This document shows, in pieces, positions 18,562-27,934 of a stretch of 64,000 bases of DNA (positions are counted from its first letter, which is position 1; each line of letters starts with the position of its first letter). The notes under the pieces are model-generated. The model was given only the letters and a program-made list of their open reading frames with translations. It did not search any database and was not told the origin of the DNA. Both the position numbers and the translations under genes were made by a program. This stretch comes from Candidatus Omnitrophota bacterium (GTDB lineage Bacteria > Omnitrophota > Gorgyraeia > Zapsychrales > Zapsychraceae), in contig JBFWOS010000001.1 in NCBI GenBank assembly GCA_050250375.1, positions 1,022,361 through 1,086,360 on the forward strand, read 5' to 3'.

Positions 18562-18608
18562 CCAAACCCCTTCCTCCGTTTACCCAATGGAAATGGCTTC
18601 CAGCAAAT

Positions 18609-19220
18609 CTATTTCTCGATAATCTCAACCCGGCGGGCGCTGATCACTTTCAGGCATCCTTTTTCGTGCAGCGCGATGGCTTGTTTGAAAATCTTGTATT
18701 CGACTTTGTGGATTTTTTCGGTGAGAGACTCCAGCGTTTCATCATTGGCCACTTTAACCGTTTCCTGCAGGATGATCGGCCCGTTGTCCATCTTCTCGTT
18801 GACATAATGGACCGTAACCCCGGTCTGTTTGACCCCGTACGTAAACGCGTCTTTAATTCCGTTCGCCCCTTTAAAAGACGGCAATAAAGACGGATGGATA
18901 TTGATGATCCGGTTGGTATATTCCTTGATAAAATACGGTGTAAATATCACCATGTACCCGGCCGTGACAATAAAATCAATATTGGCCTGTTTGAGGTGGA
19001 TAACGACATCCCGTTCAAAACTCTGCGGGTTGGTATAATCTTTCGGATTGAGATGGAGGGTTTCAAGGCCGGCTTCCACGGCGAGTTTTAGCCCGCCGGA
19101 TTTGGGTTTGTTGGAAAATACCATGGCCAACTTGGACGTAATTTCCCCTTTGTTGACCGCCTCGATAATGGCTTTAAGATTGGTTCCTGCTCCTGATACA
19201 AAAACGGCAAATCTTTTCAT
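18609..19220 (-). CDS. purN: Phosphoribosylglycinamide formyltransferase
   Basis: 203 aa with MKRFAVFVSGAGTNL at the N-terminus, the INIHPSLLP motif, and a formyl-transferase fold pattern. Confidence 0.9.
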   Translation of the reverse strand: MKRFAVFVSGAGTNLKAIIEAVNKGEITSKLAMVFSNKPKSGGLKLAVEAGLETLHLNPKDYTNPQSFERDVVIHLKQANIDFIVTAGYMVIFTPYFIKEYTNRIINIHPSLLPSFKGANGIKDAFTYGVKQTGVTVHYVNEKMDNGPIILQETVKVANDETLESLTEKIHKVEYKIFKQAIALHEKGCLKVISARRVEIIEK

Positions 19221-19298
19221 TGAGTTTCACATTCGATCAGTAATTGGTCCGTTAGGCTAAAACTATTCTTACTAAGTATGCCACGTTCTTAAGAAATT

Positions 19299-20882
19299 TC
19301 AATCTTTTGTTGCCTTTATCATTTCCAGCTGACCAGCGATCTCTTTCGCTTTTTCGGTCTGGCCGCTCTCTTCATATTGCTCGATCAACCGGCTGTAAAC
19401 GTACTCTAAATTTCCTTTATACGAACCTTCAAGGATACCTACTTCCTTAACATTGCGATATTGGGCCAGGGCCTCTTCATATTTCCCCTGGTCGGCCAGG
19501 GCCTTGCCCAGACCGATCAGGGCCTTTGTATTATAGGGTTCATAATTCAGGGTCTGGCGGTAATGGTACTCCGCCTCTTCAAATTTTCCGGCATACCCAT
19601 AACATACCGCCAGGGAATTACGCACCCGGTGATTGCCAGGGTTATGTTCCAGGGACCGCTTAAACATGGCGATCTGGTTGGTCGCGTAGACATTCTGCTG
19701 AAGCAGGGTCAAAAATAAAAACAGGATATACCCGCCGACAAGGATTTGTTTGATCGACGGCTTTAAACTGCCGGGCCGTGAAAGAATGTTTTGAGTCACC
19801 GTCACCAGAAGGACGATCGCACCGATAACCGGCAGGTATAAAAAATGGTCGCTGGTCGAAATCCTTCCGCCGGGCGCGCGGATCGGGATGATCTGGGCGA
19901 CTGTGCCGAAATTAAGCACAATCCAGGATATAAAAAACAACAATGCCGCCGGTATCTTGCGGCGGTTCAGGAAAATCGCGGTAAAGACACCCGCCCACAC
20001 ACACAAAGAAAGCATCAATACCGGGTCCCCGGGGCGGACAAACAAAAGTGTCGTATGGTCATAATAAAAGTCAACCGGAAGCAGGATCTGCCGGGTGAAA
20101 TACAGGCAGGTTTTAAGAAATGTGCCTACCCCCAGCCATACTTCCAGCGGCGTATCCCAGGCGGTGACCCGGGTAATCCCCAGGAGGCGGCGGATGATAA
20201 AATAAAATACCATCAAAGCCATATACGGCCACAACAAACCGTACGACCGGCCTTTGTCTTTGTCCCGCATAAAAAAAAGATACCCGGCCAGGACAAACGG
20301 CAGCATGACCGCTGATTCTTTGGACAAAAGCGCCAGGATAAAACAAACCACCGATATATAATAGAAAGGATTCTTTTTATCCTGTGTTTCAAATTTGAGA
20401 AAACTGTAGAACGAAGACAGGAAAAAGAAGGAACACAGCAGGATGGAACGTCCCGGGATGTTGGACACAGCCTCCCAGTGCACGGGATGAATCACAAAGA
20501 TAAACGCGCTGAAAAAACCGGTTCTTTTATCTTTCATCAGCGACGTCACGATCCAAAAAACAAACAATGCATTACCGATGTGTAGAAATAAATTCGTCAA
20601 ATTGTAAAAAAAAGATTTCAGGGCGAACAGGTGAAATTCCGCCATAAAAGACACTAAAACCAGCGGCCGGTAATAAGATCCTTCCATAAAAAATGATGTC
20701 GTGAAAATCTCGCCGATACGGCTGATGTGTTTGATCCGGGGGTTGTTGACGATGGAGACCAGGTCGTCCATGGTCTTGAACTGGGTGGGCAAAACAACGG
20801 CATACCCGGCCAATCCGGCCAAAGCCAGGCACAGGATTATATTGCGGTTACGACTCAGTATTTTGGATAAGAATGAATTCAT
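19299..20882 (-). CDS. Polytopic membrane protein with C-terminal TPR repeats (TMTC/DUF1736-like)
   Basis: ~400 aa with more than 10 TM helices, followed by TPR-like repeats (AVCYGYAGKFEEAEYHYRQTLNYEPYNTKALIGLGKALADQGKYEEALAQY). Confidence 0.55.
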   Translation of the reverse strand: MNSFLSKILSRNRNIILCLALAGLAGYAVVLPTQFKTMDDLVSIVNNPRIKHISRIGEIFTTSFFMEGSYYRPLVLVSFMAEFHLFALKSFFYNLTNLFLHIGNALFVFWIVTSLMKDKRTGFFSAFIFVIHPVHWEAVSNIPGRSILLCSFFFLSSFYSFLKFETQDKKNPFYYISVVCFILALLSKESAVMLPFVLAGYLFFMRDKDKGRSYGLLWPYMALMVFYFIIRRLLGITRVTAWDTPLEVWLGVGTFLKTCLYFTRQILLPVDFYYDHTTLLFVRPGDPVLMLSLCVWAGVFTAIFLNRRKIPAALLFFISWIVLNFGTVAQIIPIRAPGGRISTSDHFLYLPVIGAIVLLVTVTQNILSRPGSLKPSIKQILVGGYILFLFLTLLQQNVYATNQIAMFKRSLEHNPGNHRVRNSLAVCYGYAGKFEEAEYHYRQTLNYEPYNTKALIGLGKALADQGKYEEALAQYRNVKEVGILEGSYKGNLEYVYSRLIEQYEESGQTEKAKEIAGQLEMIKATKD

Positions 20883-20927
20883 GAACGATCGTTCATCAGG
20901 CCGGGCCGCCCGTGATTCCGCCGGCCG

Positions 20928-21329
20928 TTATTCAGGGATGGATAGTTTCTGTGTTGCCTGTCCCTTGCGTTCAAAACGCGGGCCGATCCGGATTTCATCC
21001 AGTTTGTACTGGCCGTCGACCGTTTTAACGATAAAATAAAGCAGATAATTTTCATCCGGGTAACCGAATATATCAACATCCACCATGACGAAATATCCGC
21101 CTTCGGCCTCTTTGATATTGCCGAGAATCCCGTACAGTTCAAACCATTCCTCCTGTCCGGTCTCAGGATGCTGCAGACTGAAAATCCCGCTGTTTTTGGA
21201 CTCATTCATAATGAAATCCTTGGTGAATTTCAGGATTTCCTCGGACTGCTGTTCTGTCAGCGCGGCAGACGCGGTATGTACGCCCAGCACGAATATTAAA
21301 CTTAAAACCAGTAAAATTCGTTTTTTCAT
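20928..21329 (-). CDS. Small secreted protein of unknown function
   Basis: Signal peptide MKKRILLVLSLIFVLGVHTASA. Start reset to 21329; the upstream extension lacks coding character. Confidence 0.4.
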   Translation of the reverse strand: MKKRILLVLSLIFVLGVHTASAALTEQQSEEILKFTKDFIMNESKNSGIFSLQHPETGQEEWFELYGILGNIKEAEGGYFVMVDVDIFGYPDENYLLYFIVKTVDGQYKLDEIRIGPRFERKGQATQKLSIPE

Positions 21330-21475
21330 AGATATCCCCTCGAAGAAGATTTTAATATAATTATTGTCATTATAATCAGAATTGCCGGAAAAACAAGGGC
21401 TATAGGAAGAATTATGGGGAAACAATGTCCCCATTTATCATAGTTATTTTCACAAATTATGTACAAATAAAGACA

Positions 21476-21718
21476 TCAAATCAATCTCTTTTTCAAAAAA
21501 GCCCAACCCGAACCTTTTTTAAGGTATCTTTCAAAGTCTCTGGCCTTATTTTCCGATGTAAATACAAGATATGTGTGAATCTCCCAAGGTGCATACTTTC
21601 TGGAGTAACTTGATTTTTTTGCGTTATGGGCGGTTAGCCTTTTCTTTAGATCTGTCGTAAATCCGACATAATGTTTGTTTGGCATACTTTGGCTGCGCAG
21701 AATATAGACAACATACAT
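21476..21718 (-). CDS. GIY-YIG nuclease-family small protein (UPF0213/YhbQ-like)
   Basis: VYILRS...YVGFTTDLKKRLTAHN is the classic GIY-YIG motif, in an 80-aa protein. Confidence 0.75.
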   Translation of the reverse strand: MYVVYILRSQSMPNKHYVGFTTDLKKRLTAHNAKKSSYSRKYAPWEIHTYLVFTSENKARDFERYLKKGSGWAFLKKRLI

Positions 21719-21760
21719 TGTGGTTTGTTTGGTAATCGAGTGAAATCGGGGGTGGGTTAG

Positions 21761-21888
21761 GCTCTACTTCGCTAAATACTTCGTCGGACTGCGTCCTCCT
21801 TCGTGTTTAGCTGCGTAGAGCATTCTTCGAAGTCAAAACACGAAGTTCTGAGCCAACGGCTCAGAACGAAGAATTTTGACGTAGAAGA
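21761..21888. repeat. Two adjacent long imperfect palindromes (~63 and ~70 nt) abutting the tRNA-Phe 3' end
   Basis: First palindrome: GCTCTAC-TTC-GCTAAA...TTTAGC-TGC-GTAGAGC at 21761..21823. Second: CATTCTTC-GAAGTCAAAA-...TTCTGAGCC-AACG-GGCTCAGAA...TTTTGAC-GTAGAAGAATG at 21819..21888. CGAAG/CTTCG motifs recur throughout. Confidence 0.5.
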
Positions 21889-21889
21889 A

Positions 21890-21967
21890 TGGTGCCGAGA
21901 CCCAGAATTGAACTGGGGACACAAGGCTTTTCAGGCCTCTGCTCTACCAACTGAGCTATCTCGGCAC
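21890..21967 (-). tRNA. tRNA-Phe (GAA)
   Basis: Reverse complement reads GCCGAGATAGCTCAGTTGGTAGAGCAGAGGCCTGAAAAGCCTTGTGTCCCCAGTTCAATTCTGGGTCTCGGCACCA. Cloverleaf with anticodon GAA and CCA encoded. Confidence 0.88.
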
Positions 21968-22054
21968 ATCTACAAAAGTCAGGCGTCAAATCAAAGCCCC
22001 ATTGTATACAACCGCTTCCTCATTGTCAATAGATTCTAAAAGGCTGGATTCGGG

Positions 22055-22453
22055 TTATTCGTTGAGCGTGCTCATGATCTTGACGAACACATTTTGGGCC
22101 GTGGAAATCTTCGGGAAAAGAAATTTTCTGGCCTTCACGCTGATCCGGCAGGTACCGCCGTCCATGGACTGGATCGTGACCCTGACCTTGGCGCGGTCAA
22201 TATTCGCCAGGATAATTCCGGCATCCTCTGATGATTCCTGGACCGTCCCCATGATGGACACGATTTCCAGGGATGTGTCCCAGACGGTTGTCTGGTCATT
22301 GGTCGTAATCCCTTCCACCGTATCCGGACTGACCACGTAACCGCCCAAGGCCCCGATCCCTCCGACCACCAGGTACACACAACCGCTTAAAGAAAAAAGA
22401 ACCGGCAGCATTAATATTTTCTTGATCCATGTGAAACGGGTGCGCCAGTTCAA
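22055..22453 (-). CDS. Lipoprotein of unknown function
   Basis: Signal peptide with lipobox LSGC (MLPVLFSLSGC); 132 aa. Confidence 0.5.
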   Translation of the reverse strand: MNWRTRFTWIKKILMLPVLFSLSGCVYLVVGGIGALGGYVVSPDTVEGITTNDQTTVWDTSLEIVSIMGTVQESSEDAGIILANIDRAKVRVTIQSMDGGTCRISVKARKFLFPKISTAQNVFVKIMSTLNE

Positions 22454-22824
22454 CTCTCTCTCCTTTTTTTAAAAATATTAAAATTTTCCGACGGGTTTAT
22501 GGCCGGATTAACCGTATGGATTTCCTGTCCGCGTTCAAAATAATTCTATCGCCTGAAGAATGGTGCGGGCAGGCGTGTTGTTCTTCACTCAAAAGAATAT
22601 TGAAACATATCTAATATTTAATTAATTTACGGAAAGGCTTAACAACTATGTAGTATTCTACAAAGGATCATTTCTGTTGTCGATGGAATTTGAAATTATT
22701 TTTCGATCAATGGGCGGTTTGGCGGGATTTGAGGACACTTCTTCCGGGTTTCCCCGGATATTTTTCACCTCTACACAATATTTAATATTTCTGACCGTTC
22801 AACGGCATACACCGGAGCCCGCGA

Positions 22825-22905
22825 TTAACCCCGGCAGGGCTTTGTTCCGTGATTGGCCTTTTTTGATCGCCAGTTTAATTTTCCTCGTCTTTTTTTCTTA
22901 CTCAT
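22825..22905 (-). CDS. Candidate 26-aa highly basic small ORF (MSKKKRRGKLNWRSKKANHGTKPCRG)
   Basis: Strong SD GAGGAG 6 nt upstream of the ATG. It sits in a 580-bp otherwise non-coding gap and is not in the ORF track because of its size. There is no homology evidence. Confidence 0.2.
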   Translation of the reverse strand: MSKKKRRGKLNWRSKKANHGTKPCRG

Positions 22906-23007
22906 GATGAACTCCTCATTTCTTTTTTGGTAGTATTTTCAGTATTGACCGCATCCAACCAGCAAAACAAATACCATAATTTTGACTGAATATTTAAGTT
23001 ATAGTTA

Positions 23008-23040
23008 TACCGAAAAACGTCCGGAAAATCAACGTTTTTA
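23008..23040 (-). terminator. Weak intrinsic terminator overlapping the HAD hydrolase stop
   Basis: AAACGT-TGATTTTCCGG-ACGTTT followed by TT on the minus strand. Confidence 0.35.
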
Positions 23041-23706
23041 TTTCTTCAGGCTTAAATCCCCGTTCGCCAGGATTTTAGCCACATCTTTGACGTTTCCGAT
23101 TATGGCCAGGGGGTTATGGCTGACCATATCCTCATAGGTATGTGAGCCGGTGGTAACCCCAACGGTCCTGACGCGGGCATCATTCCCGGCCTGGATGTCG
23201 ATGACCATATCGCCCACATAAAGCGCCTGGTCAGCGGCCAATGAAAATTTCTGCAGAATCTGCACCAGCATGTCCCCGGCCGGTTTGGGGTTTTCGACCT
23301 TGTCCCCGCATAAAATGTAATCAAACTGGTCCTTGAAATTCAGCTGTTTCAGGATCATATGGGTGAAGCGCGTCGGCCGGTTGCTGGCAATGGCCGTCAG
23401 ATAACCTTTTTCTTTCAGAACACCGACCAATTCCTTCGCCCCGGGCAGAAATTTGACCCCGGTCTTGATCGCAAAACGGTGATGCTGGCGGAACACCGAC
23501 AATGTCTTGTCCAGATCCCCTTCACGGACAAACCGGGAGATCAGGACCCGTTCCCCCCAGCCGACATTGCGTTCTATCACATCCTGGCTGACCGTTTCAT
23601 ATCCCATATAACTCAAGGCATGATTGACGCTCTGGGAAACCGCCTTAAAAGCATCAACCAGGGTCCCATCCAGATCAAAAATAACCAGCTTAATGCTGCG
23701 TTCCAT
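23038..23706 (-). CDS. HAD-superfamily hydrolase (phosphoglycolate phosphatase-like)
   Basis: Motif I IFDLDGTLVD, motif II IASN and motif IV GDMVIDIQAGNDA are all present. Confidence 0.85.
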   Translation of the reverse strand: MERSIKLVIFDLDGTLVDAFKAVSQSVNHALSYMGYETVSQDVIERNVGWGERVLISRFVREGDLDKTLSVFRQHHRFAIKTGVKFLPGAKELVGVLKEKGYLTAIASNRPTRFTHMILKQLNFKDQFDYILCGDKVENPKPAGDMLVQILQKFSLAADQALYVGDMVIDIQAGNDARVRTVGVTTGSHTYEDMVSHNPLAIIGNVKDVAKILANGDLSLKK

Positions 23707-23733
23707 TCTAAGAAGACTGCTCCCGTTTTAGGA

Positions 23734-24360
23734 TCATTTCGTGGGGTTAACGACTCCGCCGGAGATCAGGAATTTAAATGCCCCCTCAATCGACATGTTC
23801 AGGAAAATCAGGTCTGTCCGGGGAATAATGGTGGTAAATCCGGTCAAAGGACTGGGTGACGTCGGAATAAACACATTACACACATCCTGTTTCGTTTTAT
23901 CCAGGATTTCTTTCGGTGAATCGTTGGTCAGAAATCCGACCGCGTAAATCCCTTTGCGCGGGTATTCAACCAGGACAACCTGTTTAAAATTCGCCACCTT
24001 GTCCCGGGGAAATAAAAATATGATCATCTCCTTAAATGCGGGATAAACCTGCCTGAAAAACGGCAGTTTGACCAGCGTCTGTTCAAACAGTTCATAAACT
24101 TTCTTCCCGATAAAATTGCGGGCGAGGATCCCGATCAGGATGATTAGAAACACGCCGATCAGCGCGCACAGGAAATGGAACGCGAAACGGTGGACCCCTT
24201 CAAAATAATACCCGTACTTTTCAAAAATGATCGGTTCAATGAACTTGGCGATCTGGCCGTCCAGAAAATTGAGCGTGAGGATAAAAAGGTAAGCCGTCAG
24301 GGCCATCGGCAAAAAAATGACCAGACCCGATATAAAATAATTTCTTATTTTAGTCAACAT
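23734..24360 (-). CDS. DUF502-family membrane protein
   Basis: N-terminal TM pair followed by a conserved DUF502-like core (KVYELFEQTLVKLPFFRQVY...VGFLT). Confidence 0.65.
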   Translation of the reverse strand: MLTKIRNYFISGLVIFLPMALTAYLFILTLNFLDGQIAKFIEPIIFEKYGYYFEGVHRFAFHFLCALIGVFLIILIGILARNFIGKKVYELFEQTLVKLPFFRQVYPAFKEMIIFLFPRDKVANFKQVVLVEYPRKGIYAVGFLTNDSPKEILDKTKQDVCNVFIPTSPSPLTGFTTIIPRTDLIFLNMSIEGAFKFLISGGVVNPTK

Positions 24361-24430
24361 GCAACAACTCCCGGTTTGTACCTAATCTGTTTTAAATAAC
24401 TCAACCGTTTACCGCTTTAAAAATAAAACT

Positions 24431-24625
24431 TCATTTCTTTAAAGAATAAAGAACCAATAATCCGCCGACAGCGATGATAAACCCGATGGAACCCCGGACG
24501 ATCGTTGCCAGGTCGTCAAACCAGACCAGGATCAATGTCACTCCGACCAGAACGGCAAAACATCCGGCCAAAAACTTGATATACGTCTTGTCCTGCAATT
24601 TGTCTTCTGCCTTTTTCATAATCAT
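24431..24625 (-). CDS. 64-aa two-TM small membrane protein
   Basis: Hydrophobic translation. Its start overlaps the LpxL-like stop (ATGA coupling). Confidence 0.4.
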   Translation of the reverse strand: MIMKKAEDKLQDKTYIKFLAGCFAVLVGVTLILVWFDDLATIVRGSIGFIIAVGGLLVLYSLKK

Positions 24626-25569
24626 CCTGCCTTTTTCTGTTTACGTGTGTTATGAGCTGTCGGCCGGCTTTTCCAGCGCCGGTGCATCCAGCCCCATTCA
24701 TGCGGATACCGGCGCACATACTGTTCGATGATCTGCGTGATCTTGCAAATATTGACTTGCAGCATCTCTTCGTTGTCTACATTGTCCGATATGGTCAGCT
24801 CCGGTTCAACAATTATTTTATGCATCCCGTTTTCCTGACGAATGATAAACATCAGGATAATCGGCGCCCCGGTGCGTTTGGACAATATGACCGGGCCGGT
24901 GGCCGTCGCAGCTTTCTGGCCGAAAAAATCCACGAACACCGAACCGGCGCTGCCCGCGTTCTGGTCCAGCGGAACAAACAGCACTTCGTTCTTGCGCAGC
25001 GCCTCCAGGGATTGTGAAACACATTGCTGGCGGGGCACGGCATAAATGGTATTCAAACCCGCGTCTGTTCTTTTCTGTAAAAGATATTCTTCGATCTTTT
25101 CATCCCTGGCCGGACGGATGATGGAATTGACCTTGTAACCCCGCAGAGCGCAAAAAAACATCATCAACGGAAAATTCCCGAAATGGGCGGTGACCGCGAT
25201 CACCCCCTTCCCCTTCTTGAGGGCCTCATCAAGGTGTTCTTTGCCGTCGATATAAACCGTTTGGGTCACTTTTTCCGGATTTGCCAGATAATAGGACATC
25301 TCGATCATGGCCAGCCCGAAATTGCGGAAACATTTTTTGGTAATCGCCGTTAATTCTTCCTTGGTCTTGTCCTTGCCGAACGCGATCTCCAGGCTTTCGG
25401 CGGCGATGCGCCGATGCCGGATCGTAAACTGATACCCGATGCTGATCGCAACGATCGCCAGACCGCGCACCATCCAATACGGAAGGTATTTCAGCAGCCA
25501 CGAAAAAAAATAAAGCCCCTGCCGGGCCATGGCCCGCTGGAACGTTTTAACATATTTATTCTTGCTCAT
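24622..25569 (-). CDS. Lipid A biosynthesis late acyltransferase (LpxL/HtrB family, LPLAT superfamily)
   Basis: N-terminal TM anchor, AHFGNFP acyltransferase motif region, and length/order typical of LpxL. Confidence 0.75.
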   Translation of the reverse strand: MSKNKYVKTFQRAMARQGLYFFSWLLKYLPYWMVRGLAIVAISIGYQFTIRHRRIAAESLEIAFGKDKTKEELTAITKKCFRNFGLAMIEMSYYLANPEKVTQTVYIDGKEHLDEALKKGKGVIAVTAHFGNFPLMMFFCALRGYKVNSIIRPARDEKIEEYLLQKRTDAGLNTIYAVPRQQCVSQSLEALRKNEVLFVPLDQNAGSAGSVFVDFFGQKAATATGPVILSKRTGAPIILMFIIRQENGMHKIIVEPELTISDNVDNEEMLQVNICKITQIIEQYVRRYPHEWGWMHRRWKSRPTAHNTRKQKKAG

Positions 25570-25606
25570 ATTAAATTTAAAACTCGGAAATGGTGTCGTT
25601 CTAAGA

Positions 25607-26338
25607 TCAACGATTTAGGACGCCCTGAATCGTGACAATCAAACTTTCGGCATTAACGGGTTTGGTCAGATGCGCTTCGGCGCCTGCGCTCATCTCCGCG
25701 TCAATATCATCCTGGGAATCCTTCGCCGTCAAGAAAATGACCGGAATATCCCTGGTCTCGGCGTCTTCTTTGAGCCGTTTGCAAACGTCCCGCCCCTTGA
25801 TCCCGGGCAGAATGACATCCAGCAGGATCAGGTTAGGCCTTTGATGTTTGGCAATATGCAGTCCGTCTTCACCGACATTCGCCGTCAACACCGAGTACCC
25901 GTGTGAAATCAGGATCGGACGGACCGTCCGGACCAGGACTTCATCATCATCCACGATCAGGATACTCTGCCATTTCCGTTTCAAAGAACGGAAATGCAGT
26001 TTGATATCCGGCTGGATAAAATAGGCGCCGAAAATAAAAGCGCCCAGGACATAGGCGACGGAAACGATATCAGGAAATTGAAACAGCAGGACCAGCATGT
26101 AAACGCCCAGGGCCAGATTCCCCATGACCAGGATTTTTCTGGCCGATTCACTTTTCCGGTATATGCCCAGCGCAGCCAGGAACAGCAGGCCGAATAAAAC
26201 GACCAGGCACCAGGCGTGGACAGAAAAATTCCCAATCCGGGTATAAAGGGCGAACAGCGACAATGAAGTCACGTACAGCAACGCCAACGTGAAACCGACT
26301 ATTTTGATCGCCTGGTACCTTTTTTTCATCGTCACCAT
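25607..26338 (-). CDS. Membrane-anchored response-regulator receiver protein (multi-TM N-domain + REC, no output domain)
   Basis: The REC domain has a DDDE acidic pocket, phospho-acceptor D in LILLDVILPG, T/K in IFLTAKD. The N-terminal ~120 aa TM domain is homologous to the genes at 27931..28512 and 33476..33997. Confidence 0.75.
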   Translation of the reverse strand: MVTMKKRYQAIKIVGFTLALLYVTSLSLFALYTRIGNFSVHAWCLVVLFGLLFLAALGIYRKSESARKILVMGNLALGVYMLVLLFQFPDIVSVAYVLGAFIFGAYFIQPDIKLHFRSLKRKWQSILIVDDDEVLVRTVRPILISHGYSVLTANVGEDGLHIAKHQRPNLILLDVILPGIKGRDVCKRLKEDAETRDIPVIFLTAKDSQDDIDAEMSAGAEAHLTKPVNAESLIVTIQGVLNR

Positions 26339-26440
26339 ATCATTAACCTCATTGTAGATTTATTTTAATTGGACGTTCGGCTGTCTGAAGCGGAATCCAC
26401 GCTTATGATCATTATAAATAATACTGATATATATAAAAGT

Positions 26441-27934
26441 TTATTTTCTTCTTTTTAAAAGGAACAAACTTATTATATATCCGAGACATAAAAAGACAAA
26501 CGCATTGCCGAATTTCGTATAAAATGTCGTCCGTCCGTTCAGGGGGACATCAACAACCGCATACCCCTGGATATTGACTGACTTTCCGTGCTGATCAGCG
26601 ATCTGGGTTATGATGCGGCCGTAAGGATCAATGGCATTGCTGAGGCCGGTATTGGCCGAACGGACCAGGCTCCGGCGGTTTTCAACGGTACGGAATATTG
26701 ACGAACTCAGATGCAGGGTTGATGCCTTTGAGTCTCTGAACCAGGCGTCGTTCGTCATATTGACCAATAGTTTTGCGCCCCGCCGGACAAACGGCCTGGC
26801 CATGCCCGCGATGGTGTCTTCAAAACAGATCAAGACGCTGAAGGCCTTTGCGCCGGACGCGTTAAAAATCGCGTAATCTGACCCGCGGGTAAAATCGTCA
26901 ATCGGCACCCATTTCGCCAGGGGACCAATCAAATTCCGCCCGGGAAAAAATTCCCCGAAGGGCACCAGATGAATTTTGCTGTATTTCCGGACGATGTTAC
27001 CGTCGGCATCCGTCAGCATCACCGTATTAAAATAATCTTTATCTTTACGTTCAATCGCCCCGAGCAGGATCGGTCGTTTGACTTCACGGGCCAGATCTTC
27101 AATCTCGCTGAACAGCTGATCATCTTCCCCCAGGATCCCCGGGAAAGAAGTCTCCGGCCAAATAATCAATTCCGGCTGTTTTAAAGCCGTCTGGCGGGTC
27201 AGGGTCTTATGGGCCTTCATGATCATCGGCCAGGCAAATTCCTGCCACTTCATGTCCTGGTCGACGTTGCCCTGGACAATGCCCACCCTTAATGTTTCAG
27301 GCGGCAGAGGTTCGCGCAGCCGGACAACTCCGTACAGGAGATGGCTGATGAATACCGCGTAAAAAACACAACGAAACATGAACGGTTGACGGCGCCGCCG
27401 GATCTCCTTCAGAAAATAATTGGTCATAACGATAATAAAGGAAACCCCGAAAACACCGCTGAAATCAGCCATTTGGATGCTGCACAAATTTCTGAATTGT
27501 GAATGCCCCAGGCTGATCCAGTCAAATCCGGTAAATAAATGCGCGCGGACAAATTCCAGAACGGCCCATACCGACGGTAAAAAAAACAAACGCCTGACCG
27601 GAGACATGGCATGTGAAGAGCAATAAAAGAATCCAAACAGGGCGTAATACACGGCCAGATAGAAAAACAGGATAATCACACCGGCCCCGGCCACGACCGA
27701 AAACCATTCCGTAATATGGAACAGCCAGTACAGCGCCCCGAAAAATGTCAAAAACCCGCAGACAAATCCCGTCCTGAATCCCTGCCAGGGTGTTTTCCCG
27801 TCCAGGACGATCATAAACGGGACCAGGGCAATCCAGGCCAGCCCCCAGACTTCCAGACGGGGAAAGGCCATCGTTGTCAAAAGGGCCGTTAAAAAACAGC
27901 GTCCGAAATCCTTTAACCGGGTATGTGTGTTCAT
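26441..27934 (-). CDS. lnt: Apolipoprotein N-acyltransferase
   Basis: N-terminal multi-TM domain plus a C-terminal CN-hydrolase domain (VLICFEDT...NMTNDAWF). Confidence 0.9.
   Translation of the reverse strand: MNTHTRLKDFGRCFLTALLTTMAFPRLEVWGLAWIALVPFMIVLDGKTPWQGFRTGFVCGFLTFFGALYWLFHITEWFSVVAGAGVIILFFYLAVYYALFGFFYCSSHAMSPVRRLFFLPSVWAVLEFVRAHLFTGFDWISLGHSQFRNLCSIQMADFSGVFGVSFIIVMTNYFLKEIRRRRQPFMFRCVFYAVFISHLLYGVVRLREPLPPETLRVGIVQGNVDQDMKWQEFAWPMIMKAHKTLTRQTALKQPELIIWPETSFPGILGEDDQLFSEIEDLAREVKRPILLGAIERKDKDYFNTVMLTDADGNIVRKYSKIHLVPFGEFFPGRNLIGPLAKWVPIDDFTRGSDYAIFNASGAKAFSVLICFEDTIAGMARPFVRRGAKLLVNMTNDAWFRDSKASTLHLSSSIFRTVENRRSLVRSANTGLSNAIDPYGRIITQIADQHGKSVNIQGYAVVDVPLNGRTTFYTKFGNAFVFLCLGYIISLFLLKRRK

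Noticed and set aside
21803-22039. 78-aa plus-strand ORF
   Set aside because: It spans the tRNA-Phe gene and the palindromic region, and is an artefact of open frame across RNA or structured DNA.
22677-22907. 76-aa plus-strand ORF in the 580-bp gap
   Set aside because: It has no RBS and low-complexity Phe-rich translation. The opposite-strand 26-aa ORF has far better translation signals, but even that is kept low-confidence.
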